Below are positions 1 through 8,860 of a DNA stretch of 21,568 nucleotides, piece after piece. Origin of the DNA: Vulcanimicrobiota bacterium (GTDB lineage: Bacteria; Vulcanimicrobiota; Vulcanimicrobiia; Vulcanimicrobiales; Vulcanimicrobiaceae); contig PLCF01000048.1 of assembly GCA_003135555.1 (NCBI GenBank), forward strand, positions 1 through 21,568, in the 5' to 3' direction. Every line of letters starts with the position of its first letter. Position 1 is the first letter of the stretch. Under the pieces are notes generated by a model. That model made no database searches. It saw nothing but the letters and a program-made list of their open reading frames with translations, and had not been told where the DNA came from. The translations under genes and the position numbers were made by a program.

Positions 1-37
1 AAGCGAAGCGCGTGATCGACCGCCGAACGCTCTGACA

Positions 38-63
38 CGCGTGCGCAGCGAGCTGCGCACGCG
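38..63. terminator. Perfect 12-bp inverted repeat, possible terminator or mRNA-end hairpin downstream of the 86..607 gene
   Basis: CGCGTGCGCAGC-GA-GCTGCGCACGCG, 22 nt past the minus-strand stop at 86-88. No clear U-tract. Confidence 0.4.
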
Positions 64-85
64 CCCCAGGAGCGCATCACCAGAT

Positions 86-607
86 TTATCCGTCCGTCAG
101 TTTTATCTTTGGCGGCGGTTTCGGAAACGGCAACGGGACCGGCCAGCCGGTGAAATAGCATGGACCGCTTTGCTCGACGAGCTGGTAGGTGAACGTGAAC
201 GGCGTTCCGGAGACGGTGAACGGCTGCCAGTCGCTCTCCAGGATATAGTTCCCGGCTCCCTTGGGCAGGTCCGGGTAGTTCGTCCAGGGACCGGCGTTCG
301 CGGTGAACGCCTCCCAGTTCGCGGGCAACGTATACGCGGTATACGGTCCCCAGTTCGATCCCGTGACGATCGGCGTTTGCGTGATCGGCACGCCGTTCGA
401 ATCATACGCGCAGCCTTGGTCGTCCGTCACGCTGACCGCGCGGACGAGTCCGTCGTCCAGACCCCGCGTCGCGCGCGCGTGCCCCGCATTCGACGTGAGC
501 GCGGTCGCATGCGCGCTCGGCACCGCCGTCGATCCACAGCCGCTCGCGCCCACCGCGAGCAGAACAGCCGCAGCGCGTAGCGCCTGCGGCAGCATCGATC
601 CTTTCAT
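86..607 (-). CDS. Hypothetical lipoprotein
   Basis: Signal peptide with lipobox-like AVLLAVGASG-C; aromatic-rich mature region; Pro-rich C-terminus. Alternative start at 595 (MLPQ). Confidence 0.7.
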   Translation of the reverse strand: MKGSMLPQALRAAAVLLAVGASGCGSTAVPSAHATALTSNAGHARATRGLDDGLVRAVSVTDDQGCAYDSNGVPITQTPIVTGSNWGPYTAYTLPANWEAFTANAGPWTNYPDLPKGAGNYILESDWQPFTVSGTPFTFTYQLVEQSGPCYFTGWPVPLPFPKPPPKIKLTDG

Positions 608-759
608 GTGTTACACCCTCGACCGGTCGGTCAACCACATCGGTGACCGGTGCCGCTCTTCTGCGCCCGGCGGAGCGGTTCCGGCACGCGAGCCGGACGC
701 GGCGCCGGGAGCACCGCGCCCGTCGGACGTACTACCCAAAGCTGACGGAGAACGCCCTG

Positions 760-1512
760 ATGGAAGACCTCGTCCTGACCGAGCGGCCGCACGAGCACGT
801 CGCGCTCGTCCGGCTCAACCGCCCCAAGGTGCTCAACGCGCTCTCCAACGCGCTCGCCGAGCAGCTCGCCACGGCGCTGGAGACGCTGGACGCCAACGGT
901 GTCACGCGCGCCGTCGTGCTCACCGGCGACGAACGCGCCTTTGCCGCCGGCGCCGACATCGCGGAGTTCGCCGCGGTTGGACCGCGGCTGGAGGTGTGGG
1001 ACCGCCTGTGGTCCACCGGGCTCCCGCTGGTCGGGGCGGTCCGCGGGTTCGCGCTGGGCGGCGGGCTAGAGCTGGCGATGTCGTGCGATCTGCTGGTCGT
1101 CGCCGACGATGCGCGGCTCGGTCAGCCCGAGATCAACCTCGGCGTGATGCCGGGCGCCGGCGGGACGCAGCGGCTCACCCGCGCCGTCGGCAAGACGCTG
1201 GCGGCGGAGATGATTTTGCTGGGCCGCGAGCTGAGCGGACGCGAAGCGGAGCTGCACGGCCTGGCCAACCGGTCCGTCCCCGCCGAACGGGTCCTCCCGG
1301 TCGCGCTCGAGCTGGCCCGGGAGCTGGCCAAGAAGGCGCCGCTGGCGGTGCGCGCCGCGAAGCGCGCGATCGGGCGCGCCTTCGAGGACTCGCTGCGCGC
1401 GGGGCTCGACGACGAGCGCCGCGCGTTCTACGGCCTGCTGCAGAGCGCGGACGGGCGCGAGGGTGTCGCAGCGTTCCTCGAAAAACGGAGACCGACATGG
1501 AGCGGACGGTGA
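760..1512 (+). CDS. paaF: Enoyl-CoA hydratase, PaaF-like (2,3-dehydroadipyl-CoA hydratase)
   Basis: Crotonase motifs LNRPKVLNAL, FAAGADI, GGGLELAMSCD and GQPEINLGVMPGAGGTQRL, with both catalytic Glu. GGAG at 747-750 precedes ATG 760. Adjacent to a paaG-like gene. Confidence 0.85.
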   Translation: MEDLVLTERPHEHVALVRLNRPKVLNALSNALAEQLATALETLDANGVTRAVVLTGDERAFAAGADIAEFAAVGPRLEVWDRLWSTGLPLVGAVRGFALGGGLELAMSCDLLVVADDARLGQPEINLGVMPGAGGTQRLTRAVGKTLAAEMILLGRELSGREAELHGLANRSVPAERVLPVALELARELAKKAPLAVRAAKRAIGRAFEDSLRAGLDDERRAFYGLLQSADGREGVAAFLEKRRPTWSGR

Positions 1513-1618
1513 TGGACCGAGCGCAGCCGAATCGTGCAGCGCCTGAAAACGCTGTTGCGAGGTCGGCCCGGGGGCCCCGCGCGAAGCGTGGGGGGCGCGT
1601 AGCCTGGGGCGAAGCGCC

Positions 1619-2419
1619 GTGAAAACACTAACAGCTCCGGTCGATCATCGGGTCGAGATCGCGGACGGGGTCGCGACGATCACGCTCGATCGTCCGCAAG
1701 CCTACAACGCGATGACCGCGGCGCTGCTCGAATCGCTACTCGCGACGTTCAAGCAGCTCGAGCGCGACGCCGCGGTGCGGGCGATCGTGTTGACCGGTGC
1801 CGGAAAGGCGTTCTGCGCCGGACAGGCGCTCGACGATGTCCGAACGCTGCCGCCGGACGGCTCGCACGAGCTCTTCAACACCATTGAACGGCGGTACAAC
1901 CCGCTCATCGTCGCGATCATGACATCGGAGATGCCGGTCATCGCCGCGGTCAACGGCGTCGCGGCCGGGGCGGGTTTCTCGATCGCGTGCGCGTGCGACT
2001 TCCGCATCGTGGCCGAGACGGCGTCGTTCACCACGGCCTTCGTCAAGATCGGCTTGGTACCGGACTCCGCGATGTCGTTCACGCTGCCGCGGCTGATCGG
2101 CTACGCGAAGGCGCTCGAGCTGTGCTTGCTCTCCGACAAGGTCGACGCGCAGCGCGCCGACGCGCTCGGGCTGTGCACGAAGGTGGTGCCGGCCGATGAG
2201 GTGGTGGCCGAAGCGCAGCTACTCGCGGCGCGGTTCGCCCACGGACCACGCTCGCTGGGGCTCATCAAGCGCGAGCTGCTGCGTAACGGCTTGGGCGATT
2301 TGCGCGCCGCGGTCGAGTACGAGCTGCAGTTGCAGAGCATCGCCGGCGCCACGACGGACTTCGCCGAGGGCCTCGCCGCGTTCGCTGCGAAACGCGCGCC
2401 CGTCTTTCGCGGCGAGTGA
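1619..2419 (+). CDS. paaG: Enoyl-CoA hydratase/isomerase, PaaG-like (epoxyphenylacetyl-CoA isomerase)
   Basis: FCAGQAL, RRYNPLI, VNGVAAGAG and FVKIGLVPDS (Asp instead of the Glu pair), typical of the PaaG subfamily. Confidence 0.8.
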   Translation: MKTLTAPVDHRVEIADGVATITLDRPQAYNAMTAALLESLLATFKQLERDAAVRAIVLTGAGKAFCAGQALDDVRTLPPDGSHELFNTIERRYNPLIVAIMTSEMPVIAAVNGVAAGAGFSIACACDFRIVAETASFTTAFVKIGLVPDSAMSFTLPRLIGYAKALELCLLSDKVDAQRADALGLCTKVVPADEVVAEAQLLAARFAHGPRSLGLIKRELLRNGLGDLRAAVEYELQLQSIAGATTDFAEGLAAFAAKRAPVFRGE

Positions 2420-2886
2420 GCTACGCGCTGCGGCGCGCGACGCTCGGCGACGCGGCCCTGCTCGCAGCGCATCGGGCGTGCGTATGGCACGAGATCGGCG
2501 GCTGGGACGAGGCGCCGCTGACGGCGCAGATCCCGATCTGGACCGCCTGGTTCCGTGACGCCCTCGACGCCCAAACCTATATCTCGTTCGTGGCCGAAGA
2601 GGGCGGGGCGGCGATCGCGAGCGGGTCGTTGCTGATCCAGATCGCGATCCCGCGACCGGGCTTCCATTCGGACCGCGAAGGGCGCGTGCAGTCAGTCTAC
2701 GTCGTCCCGGCGGCGCGCCGACGCGGCATCGCACACGCCTTAATGGCGGCGATCCTGGAGCACGCACGCAGGGTGATGCTGATCCGCTTGTCGCTGCACC
2801 CCTCAGACGAAGCCCGCGGTCTTTACGAGTCGCTCGGTTTCGTCGCCCTCGACGAGATGGGGCTTCGGCTCACCGGCGAGTCGTGA
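2416..2886 (+). CDS. GNAT-family N-acetyltransferase
   Basis: VYVVPAARRRGIA acetyl-CoA motif and ARGLYESLGF. GTGA overlap with the paaG stop. Confidence 0.85.
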   Translation: MSYALRRATLGDAALLAAHRACVWHEIGGWDEAPLTAQIPIWTAWFRDALDAQTYISFVAEEGGAAIASGSLLIQIAIPRPGFHSDREGRVQSVYVVPAARRRGIAHALMAAILEHARRVMLIRLSLHPSDEARGLYESLGFVALDEMGLRLTGES

Positions 2887-2890
2887 TCGC

Positions 2891-3802
2891 GTGGCCGCGG
2901 CGGTGAAGATCGGGATCGTCGGCGGCGGTGCGATCGGGCTGACGTTCGCCGCCGCGCTGACGTCCGTACACGATGTCGTCGTGCTGGTGCGCCGCCCGGC
3001 GCTCGCCGAGTTGTTGAGCCGCGACGGTATTGCGCTCGAAGGCGATACTGGGATCAGGCACGTCGCGATTCGGGCGACGGTCGACTCCGCCGCGTGCGCC
3101 GATCGTGACGCGTTGATCGTCGCAGTGAAAGCCTACGCCACGGCGGAGGCACTTGCCCCGCTGCGCGGCATCTTGCTGGCTCGCGCCCTCGTCGCATCAG
3201 TGCAGAACGGGATCGACAACGTCGAGGTCGCCCGCACGGTGCTTCCCGGCGCGCGCGTGATCGCCGGCGCGACGACGCAAGGCGCGATCGGCGTGCGCGA
3301 CGGGCGCGTGCGGCCCGTGAACCGCGGCACGACGACCTTCGCCCGGGACGACGCCGCCTGGCCGGCCGCCGAAGAGCTCGCGGCGGCGTTCGTCGCGGCG
3401 GGGCTCGACGCTCGCGTCACCACGGACGGCGCCGCCTTGGTGTGGCACAAGCTCGTGGTGAACGCCGCGATCAACCCGCTGGGAGCGCTGGCCGCGCGGA
3501 CCAACGGCGACGTCGCGACCGACCCGGATCTCGCGCCGCTCGCGCGCGCGCTCGCCGCCGAAGCCGTCGCGGTCGCCCGAGCGGAAGGGGTCGACGCCGC
3601 CGCGCCGTGGGCGGCGGTCGAAGCGGCGGCGCGGGACACGGCGGCGAACCGCAACTCGATGCTTCAGGATGTCGACGCCGGCCGCCGGACCGAGATCGAC
3701 GCGATCTCCGGCGCCGTCGTGCGGCGCGCGCAGGCGCACGGGATCGCCGTGCCGCTCACCGAGACGGTGCTACGGCTCGTGCGCGCGAGAGAGCGCGCGT
3801 GA
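2891..3802 (+). CDS. panE: 2-dehydropantoate 2-reductase
   Basis: KIGIVGGGAIG, VAVKAY, VQNGI, WHKLVVNAAINPL and NSMLQDVDAGRRTEIDAISG. Start may be GTG 2903. Confidence 0.9.
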   Translation: MAAAVKIGIVGGGAIGLTFAAALTSVHDVVVLVRRPALAELLSRDGIALEGDTGIRHVAIRATVDSAACADRDALIVAVKAYATAEALAPLRGILLARALVASVQNGIDNVEVARTVLPGARVIAGATTQGAIGVRDGRVRPVNRGTTTFARDDAAWPAAEELAAAFVAAGLDARVTTDGAALVWHKLVVNAAINPLGALAARTNGDVATDPDLAPLARALAAEAVAVARAEGVDAAAPWAAVEAAARDTAANRNSMLQDVDAGRRTEIDAISGAVVRRAQAHGIAVPLTETVLRLVRARERA

Positions 3803-4602
3803 AGCGCCCCACCGCGGCGGAGATCGCGACGCGCAAGGGCGCCGCGTTCCCGGTCATCACCGCCTACGACGCACCGTTCTCACGGTGCGCCGAAGAGGCC
3901 GGGATCGACGTCATCCTCGTCGGCGACTCGTTGGGCATGGTGGTGCTGGGGTTCGACTCGACCGTGCACGTCGAGCTCGGCGACATGATCCGTCACGGCG
4001 CCGCGGTTGCGCGCGGCACCCAACGAGCGCACATCATGGTGGATCTGCCGTTCGGAACGTACGAAGCATCCGACGAACTTGCGATCGCGAGCTCGAGCGA
4101 GCTGGTCAAACGCGGCGCCGCGACTTCGGTGAAGCTCGAGGGCGGCGCGAGCGCGGCGGCGCGTATCTGCGCTATCGCCGGTGCCGGGATCCCGGTGTGC
4201 GCGCACATCGGCGTGCTCCCGCAGACGGCATCGCTGGGCAGCGGATTCCGCCTCAAGCGCGAGCGCGACCGGCTCCTCGCCGATGCCGACGCGGTCGCCG
4301 CCGCGGGCGCGTTCGCGGTCGTGCTGGAGATGGTCGAGGACTCGATCGCCGCCGAGATCACCGCGCGCATCCCCATACCGACGATCGGAATCGGCAGCGG
4401 CCCGGGCTGCGACGGGCAGGTGCTCGTCCTCCACGACGTGCTCGGCCTCTACCCGGATGCGCCCCCGTTCGCGAAGCGGTACGCGGAGCTGGGCGCGGCC
4501 ACGACCAACGCCTTGCGGGCGTACGCGGGGGACGTTCGCGCGCGCGCCTTCCCGGCCGAGCGCGCCAAGGCGACGCGCGAAGGGAATGGCTACCGGTCCT
4601 GA
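3799..4602 (+). CDS. panB: 3-methyl-2-oxobutanoate hydroxymethyltransferase
   Basis: ITAYDA, ILVGDSLGMVVLG, VKLEGG, HIGVLPQ and PTIGIGSGPGCDGQVLVLHD. GTGA overlap with the panE stop. Confidence 0.95.
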   Translation: MKRPTAAEIATRKGAAFPVITAYDAPFSRCAEEAGIDVILVGDSLGMVVLGFDSTVHVELGDMIRHGAAVARGTQRAHIMVDLPFGTYEASDELAIASSSELVKRGAATSVKLEGGASAAARICAIAGAGIPVCAHIGVLPQTASLGSGFRLKRERDRLLADADAVAAAGAFAVVLEMVEDSIAAEITARIPIPTIGIGSGPGCDGQVLVLHDVLGLYPDAPPFAKRYAELGAATTNALRAYAGDVRARAFPAERAKATREGNGYRS

Positions 4603-4614
4603 AAATGAGCCGCC

Positions 4615-5535
4615 ATGAGGACCTTCATCGCCTTTTGTCTGTGCGTGCTTTTCTTGGCGCCCATCGCCGTATCGGCGGAGTTCGACAATACCGTGCCGTG
4701 GCGCAATCTGAGCGCCAACAGCCCGATCGCGGTCACCCGTTCGTCGGTGTTCTTCAACAGCGACGGCACCGTTCGGCTGTGCGTGAACTTCCGTAACGTT
4801 TCAAACAAGGCCGCCTCGCGGGTGCGGGTCACCTTCGAGTTCGACGACTCGTTCGACCGGCCGATGCGAGACGCGGTACTCGAGCGGTCCGGATCGTTCG
4901 GCCCGGGGATCCTCATCGAGGGCAAGATGGATCTGCTCGGCGGGAACAGCGACTCGTTCAACAACTGCGTCGACCGCGTCGCGGGGACGACCAACAAACC
5001 GACCCTCGAGAAGATCGACGTCACCGACGTGATCTTCGAGGACGGGACGCGCTGGAAGAAAGGCGACGCCTTCGTTCGAGCCTTCGACAACGGCGGAGGC
5101 CACGTCGCGGCCGCGCCGGTCGGCGCGACCCCTACGCCCGGCGCCGCTCCCGCGGTGAACATCGGCGGAGCAACCGCCATCGGCGGAAGCGTCGGGGCCA
5201 GCGGCGTGGCGTTCGGAACGATCGCCTGGATCCCGGGGTCGCGCACGGCGTACGGCGTCAGCACCGACGCCACCTCGCAGTCCGACGCCGACTTCGCGGC
5301 GATGCTCGCCTGCACCCAACTCGCAAAGGGCGCGCCGGGGTGCAAACCCGTGGTGCGCCTCTACGGCGCCGACAACAAGTGCGGCGCGATCGCGACCGAC
5401 GAGTCGAAGTTCAGCACCGGCCGCGGCCCCAACATGAGCGCCACGATCCAGTCCGTGCTGCAGGCCCTGGCCGCCGCGGGCGGCACGATCGCCGGCAACA
5501 GCGTGATCGCAAGCGCTTGCAACACGCGTACGTGA
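4615..5535 (+). CDS. Secreted two-domain protein with C-terminal DUF4189-like domain
   Basis: Sec signal peptide; beta-rich N-domain; Gly/Ala/Pro linker; C-terminal FGTIA..YGVS..A...AMLAC..C..CGAIA pattern typical of DUF4189. Confidence 0.7.
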   Translation: MRTFIAFCLCVLFLAPIAVSAEFDNTVPWRNLSANSPIAVTRSSVFFNSDGTVRLCVNFRNVSNKAASRVRVTFEFDDSFDRPMRDAVLERSGSFGPGILIEGKMDLLGGNSDSFNNCVDRVAGTTNKPTLEKIDVTDVIFEDGTRWKKGDAFVRAFDNGGGHVAAAPVGATPTPGAAPAVNIGGATAIGGSVGASGVAFGTIAWIPGSRTAYGVSTDATSQSDADFAAMLACTQLAKGAPGCKPVVRLYGADNKCGAIATDESKFSTGRGPNMSATIQSVLQALAAAGGTIAGNSVIASACNTRT

Positions 5536-5540
5536 TCGCG

Positions 5541-6338
5541 ATGAAACGCATCGGCGCCCTGGCGCGCATCGCGACACCGTTCCTGTTCGCCCTGCTCGTC
5601 CTCCCGGCGGCTGCCAGGGCCGACGCTGCCAAGGACGAGCTCGCGCCTTCGGGGCACCTGCGCGTCGCGATCGCGATGAGCTCCCTGGGCGGGCCGTTTT
5701 GGTCGGCGAAAGACGCGGCCGGAAAGCCGACCGGAGTGCCGGTCGATCTCGGCGCGGAGATGGCCCGGCGGCTCGGTGTTCCGGTCGACTACGTGATGTA
5801 CGAGAACTCCGGACAGATCACCGATGCCGCCGCCAAGGGGGAATGGGATCTGACGTTCGTCCCCATCGATGCGGAGCGGGCCAAGAAGTTGGCCTTCGGG
5901 CCGATCTACCACGCCGCCGACGCGACCTACCTGGTGCGCGCCGGCTTGGCGGTGCAAACGGCCGAGCAGCTCGATCAGCCCGGCATGAAGGTGGGGGCGG
6001 TCGCGAACACCACGACGATGCGCGGCGCAGCGCGGGTGCTCAAGAACACCCCGGTGGTCGGGTACCAGAGCGTCGACGAGATCATCGCGCTGTTGAACAC
6101 AGGCCAGATCGACGCGTTCGCCAACTTGCGCGACCAGCTCGTACCGCTGTCGGCGCGCATCCCCGGCTCGCGAGTCTTGCCGGGCGCGTTTCAGCAGACC
6201 AAGACCGCGGTCGCGGTTCCGCTCGGGAAGCCCAACGCACTCGCCTATGCGAGCGCATTCCTCGACAACGCGAAGACCGGCGGCTTCCTGCGGCGTACGT
6301 TCGACGCCCACGGCCTCAAGGACACGCCGATCTTCTAG
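5541..6338 (+). CDS. Solute-binding protein, family 3 (polar amino acid type)
   Basis: Signal peptide ending ARA; ELAPSGHLRVAI, GVPVDLGAEMARRLGVP and WDLTFVPIDAER. No permease genes adjacent. Confidence 0.8.
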   Translation: MKRIGALARIATPFLFALLVLPAAARADAAKDELAPSGHLRVAIAMSSLGGPFWSAKDAAGKPTGVPVDLGAEMARRLGVPVDYVMYENSGQITDAAAKGEWDLTFVPIDAERAKKLAFGPIYHAADATYLVRAGLAVQTAEQLDQPGMKVGAVANTTTMRGAARVLKNTPVVGYQSVDEIIALLNTGQIDAFANLRDQLVPLSARIPGSRVLPGAFQQTKTAVAVPLGKPNALAYASAFLDNAKTGGFLRRTFDAHGLKDTPIF

Positions 6339-6356
6339 GTCCCCCGTGTCGCGGCT

Positions 6357-7550
6357 CTACACCCGTTCGAAGATCGTGGCGATCCCTTGGCCCATGCCGA
6401 TGCACATCGTCGCAAGGCCGTAGCGACCGCCGCGGCGCTTGAGCTCGTGCAGCAAGGTCGTCGCGATGCGCGCCCCGCTACAGCCTAGCGGGTGACCCAG
6501 CGCAATCGCACCGCCGTTGACGTTGACGATGCTCGGATCGATCTCGAGCGCCTTGACGCAGGCGACGCTCTGCGCTGCGAAGGCTTCGTTGAGCTCGACC
6601 AGATCGAGGTCGTCGACGGTCAACTTGGCGCGCTCGAGCGCCTTGCGCGTCGCGCCGATCGGGCCGATCCCCATCACGCTCGGATCGACGCCGAACGTCG
6701 CCGACGTCACCACGCGCGCCAGCGGCTGCCAGCCGTTGTGGTGCGCGGCTGCGGCGCTGCAGATGAGCAGCGCCGCGGCGCCGTCGTTGAGCGGCGAAGC
6801 GTTGCCGGCGGTCACCGTTCCGTCGGCCTTGAAGGCGGCCTTGAGCTTGGCTAGCGACTCGCGCGTCGTGTCGGGCCGCGGCGGTTCGTCCACGCACAGG
6901 TCGTAGCGCTGCTTCCCGTGCTCGACGTGCACCGGGACGAGCTCGGCGTCGAAGCGACCGGCCTCCATCGCGGCCTTGCACTTCATCTGGCTCTCGTACG
7001 CGAACTCGTCCTGGTCGTCGCGCGTGACGTGGAACTCCGCAGCGACCTTCTCGGCAGTCTCCCCCAGCGAGATGGGCGGATACATCGCGGCCAGCCGAGG
7101 GTTAAGCATCCGGTTGCCCAGCGTGGTGTCGTGGATGTCGGGCGCGCGGTCGTAGGCCTTCTCCGCCTTGAGGATGACGAACGGCGCGCGCGTCATCGAC
7201 TCGGCGCCGCCGGCGATTGCGATGTCGATCACCCCCGCGGCGATCGCGTGGTAGGCCGAGTTGAGCGCCTGCAGCCCGCTGCCGCACAGCCGGTTGAGCG
7301 TCGTTCCGGGGACGCTGGTGGGCAGCCCGGCGAGTAGCGACGCCATGCGCGCGACGTTTCGGCAGTCCTCACCCGCTTGGTTGGCGGCGCCCCAAAAGAC
7401 GTCGTCGAGCGTGGCCGGGTCGACGCCGGTGCGCTCGACGAGCGCCCGAATCGCGTACGACCCCAGGTCGTCGGGGCGAACGGGCGCTAGAGCGCCGCCA
7501 TAACGCCCCATGGGCGTGCGCAGCGCGTCGACGATTACAGCTTCGGCCAT
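6357..7550 (-). CDS. paaJ: Acetyl-CoA C-acyltransferase (thiolase), PaaJ/PcaF-like
   Basis: ANQAGED.RNVARM, NRLCGSG (active Cys), NEAFA, GGAIALGHPLG and TMCIGMGQG. Start 7550 or 7559. The paaJ versus pcaF assignment rests on context. Confidence 0.85.
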   Translation of the reverse strand: MAEAVIVDALRTPMGRYGGALAPVRPDDLGSYAIRALVERTGVDPATLDDVFWGAANQAGEDCRNVARMASLLAGLPTSVPGTTLNRLCGSGLQALNSAYHAIAAGVIDIAIAGGAESMTRAPFVILKAEKAYDRAPDIHDTTLGNRMLNPRLAAMYPPISLGETAEKVAAEFHVTRDDQDEFAYESQMKCKAAMEAGRFDAELVPVHVEHGKQRYDLCVDEPPRPDTTRESLAKLKAAFKADGTVTAGNASPLNDGAAALLICSAAAAHHNGWQPLARVVTSATFGVDPSVMGIGPIGATRKALERAKLTVDDLDLVELNEAFAAQSVACVKALEIDPSIVNVNGGAIALGHPLGCSGARIATTLLHELKRRGGRYGLATMCIGMGQGIATIFERV

Positions 7551-7627
7551 ATCATCCATAACACGCTCGCGCGCTCGGCCGTCGCGCCTAGGAGCGGCCG
7601 CCCAGCAGGACGGCGAAGGGGCTGGCC

Positions 7628-8860
7628 GTGGAGACGATGCGGGTGCGCTGCTGCATCGCCGGCGGCGGGCCTGCCGGGATGATGCTGGGCTACCTGTTGG
7701 CGCGCGCCGGCGTCGAGATCGTCGTCCTGGAGAAGCACGCCGACTTCTTGCGCGACTTTCGGGGCGATACGGTCCACCCGTCGACGTTGCAGGTGATGGC
7801 CGAGCTGGGGCTGCTCGAGGAGTTCCTCAAGCGGCCGCACCAGGAGCTGCCGCGCATCGGCGGGCTCATCGGCGACGACGCCATCACCATGGCCGACTTC
7901 AGCGGGCTCAACGTCGCCTGCAAGTTCATCGTGCTCATGCCGCAGTGGGACTTCTTGAACTTCCTCGAGGAGCACGCGCGGCGCTATCCGGCCTTCCACC
8001 TGCGCATGCGCGCCGAGGTGACGGAGCTCGTCGAGGAAGCCGGCGTGATCGTCGGCGTTCGCGCGGCGACCCCGGACGGTCCGCTGGAGATCCGAGCCGG
8101 CCTCGTGATCGGCGCCGACGGCCGGCGTTCGACGGTGCGCGAGCAGGCCGGTCTGCGCGTCGAGGACCTCGGCGCCCCGATCGACGTGCTCTGGATGAGG
8201 CTGCCGCAACATCCCGGCGATCCCAAGTCGACCCTGGGGCGGATCAACGCGGGCAAAGTCTTCGTGACGCTGGACCGCGGTGAGTACTGGCAGTGCGCCT
8301 ACGTGATCCCCAAGGGCGGATTCGAGGCGCTGCGGCAGCGCGGTCTGGACGCGCTGCGCGCGGACATCGTGGCGATCGCCCCGTTCATGGCCGACCGCAT
8401 CGACGCGCTACGCGACTGGGACGACGTCAAGCTCCTCACCGTCACGGTGGACCGCTTGCGGCGCTGGTATCGTCCAGGACTGTTGTGCATCGGCGACGCC
8501 GCGCACGCCATGTCCCCGATCGGCGGGGTCGGCATCAACCTGGCCATCCAGGACGCGGTCGCCGCCGCGAACATCTTGGCCGCACCGCTGCGTGACGGCA
8601 CCGTGGCGGAGCGCGACCTAGCCCAACTCCAGCGCCGCCGCGAGTTTCCGATCCGGGTGACGCAAGCGTTCCAAGTCTTCGCACAGACCCGCATCTTCGG
8701 CGCCGTCCTGCGCAGCACCGCGCCGCTGCGCGCACCCTGGCCGGTCCGGCTGTTGCGGCGCTTCCCGTACCTGCAACGCTTCCCGGCGCTCTTCATCGGC
8801 GTCGGCGTGCGTCCCGAGCACGTGCACACGCCCGAGCTCACCGCCCCGCGAAATGCCTAA
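7628..8860 (+). CDS. FAD-dependent oxidoreductase/monooxygenase (UbiH/PHBH-like fold)
   Basis: IAGGGPAG, EKHADFLRDFRGDTVHPST, GADGRRS and IGDAAHAMSPIGGVGINLAIQDA. Confidence 0.9.
   Translation: METMRVRCCIAGGGPAGMMLGYLLARAGVEIVVLEKHADFLRDFRGDTVHPSTLQVMAELGLLEEFLKRPHQELPRIGGLIGDDAITMADFSGLNVACKFIVLMPQWDFLNFLEEHARRYPAFHLRMRAEVTELVEEAGVIVGVRAATPDGPLEIRAGLVIGADGRRSTVREQAGLRVEDLGAPIDVLWMRLPQHPGDPKSTLGRINAGKVFVTLDRGEYWQCAYVIPKGGFEALRQRGLDALRADIVAIAPFMADRIDALRDWDDVKLLTVTVDRLRRWYRPGLLCIGDAAHAMSPIGGVGINLAIQDAVAAANILAAPLRDGTVAERDLAQLQRRREFPIRVTQAFQVFAQTRIFGAVLRSTAPLRAPWPVRLLRRFPYLQRFPALFIGVGVRPEHVHTPELTAPRNA

Noticed and set aside
303..1622. 439-aa ORF and the many other Arg/Ala/Pro-rich overlapping ORFs in the track
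   Set aside because: These are alternative-frame or antisense shadows typical of high-GC DNA, have no motifs, and overlap well-supported genes.
7553..7580. Similarity to 605-632 on the minus strand (G.CCGA.CG..CGAG.GTGT.A) as a shared regulatory motif
   Set aside because: Only two short, GC-rich instances at different distances from the start codons, so it cannot be distinguished from chance.
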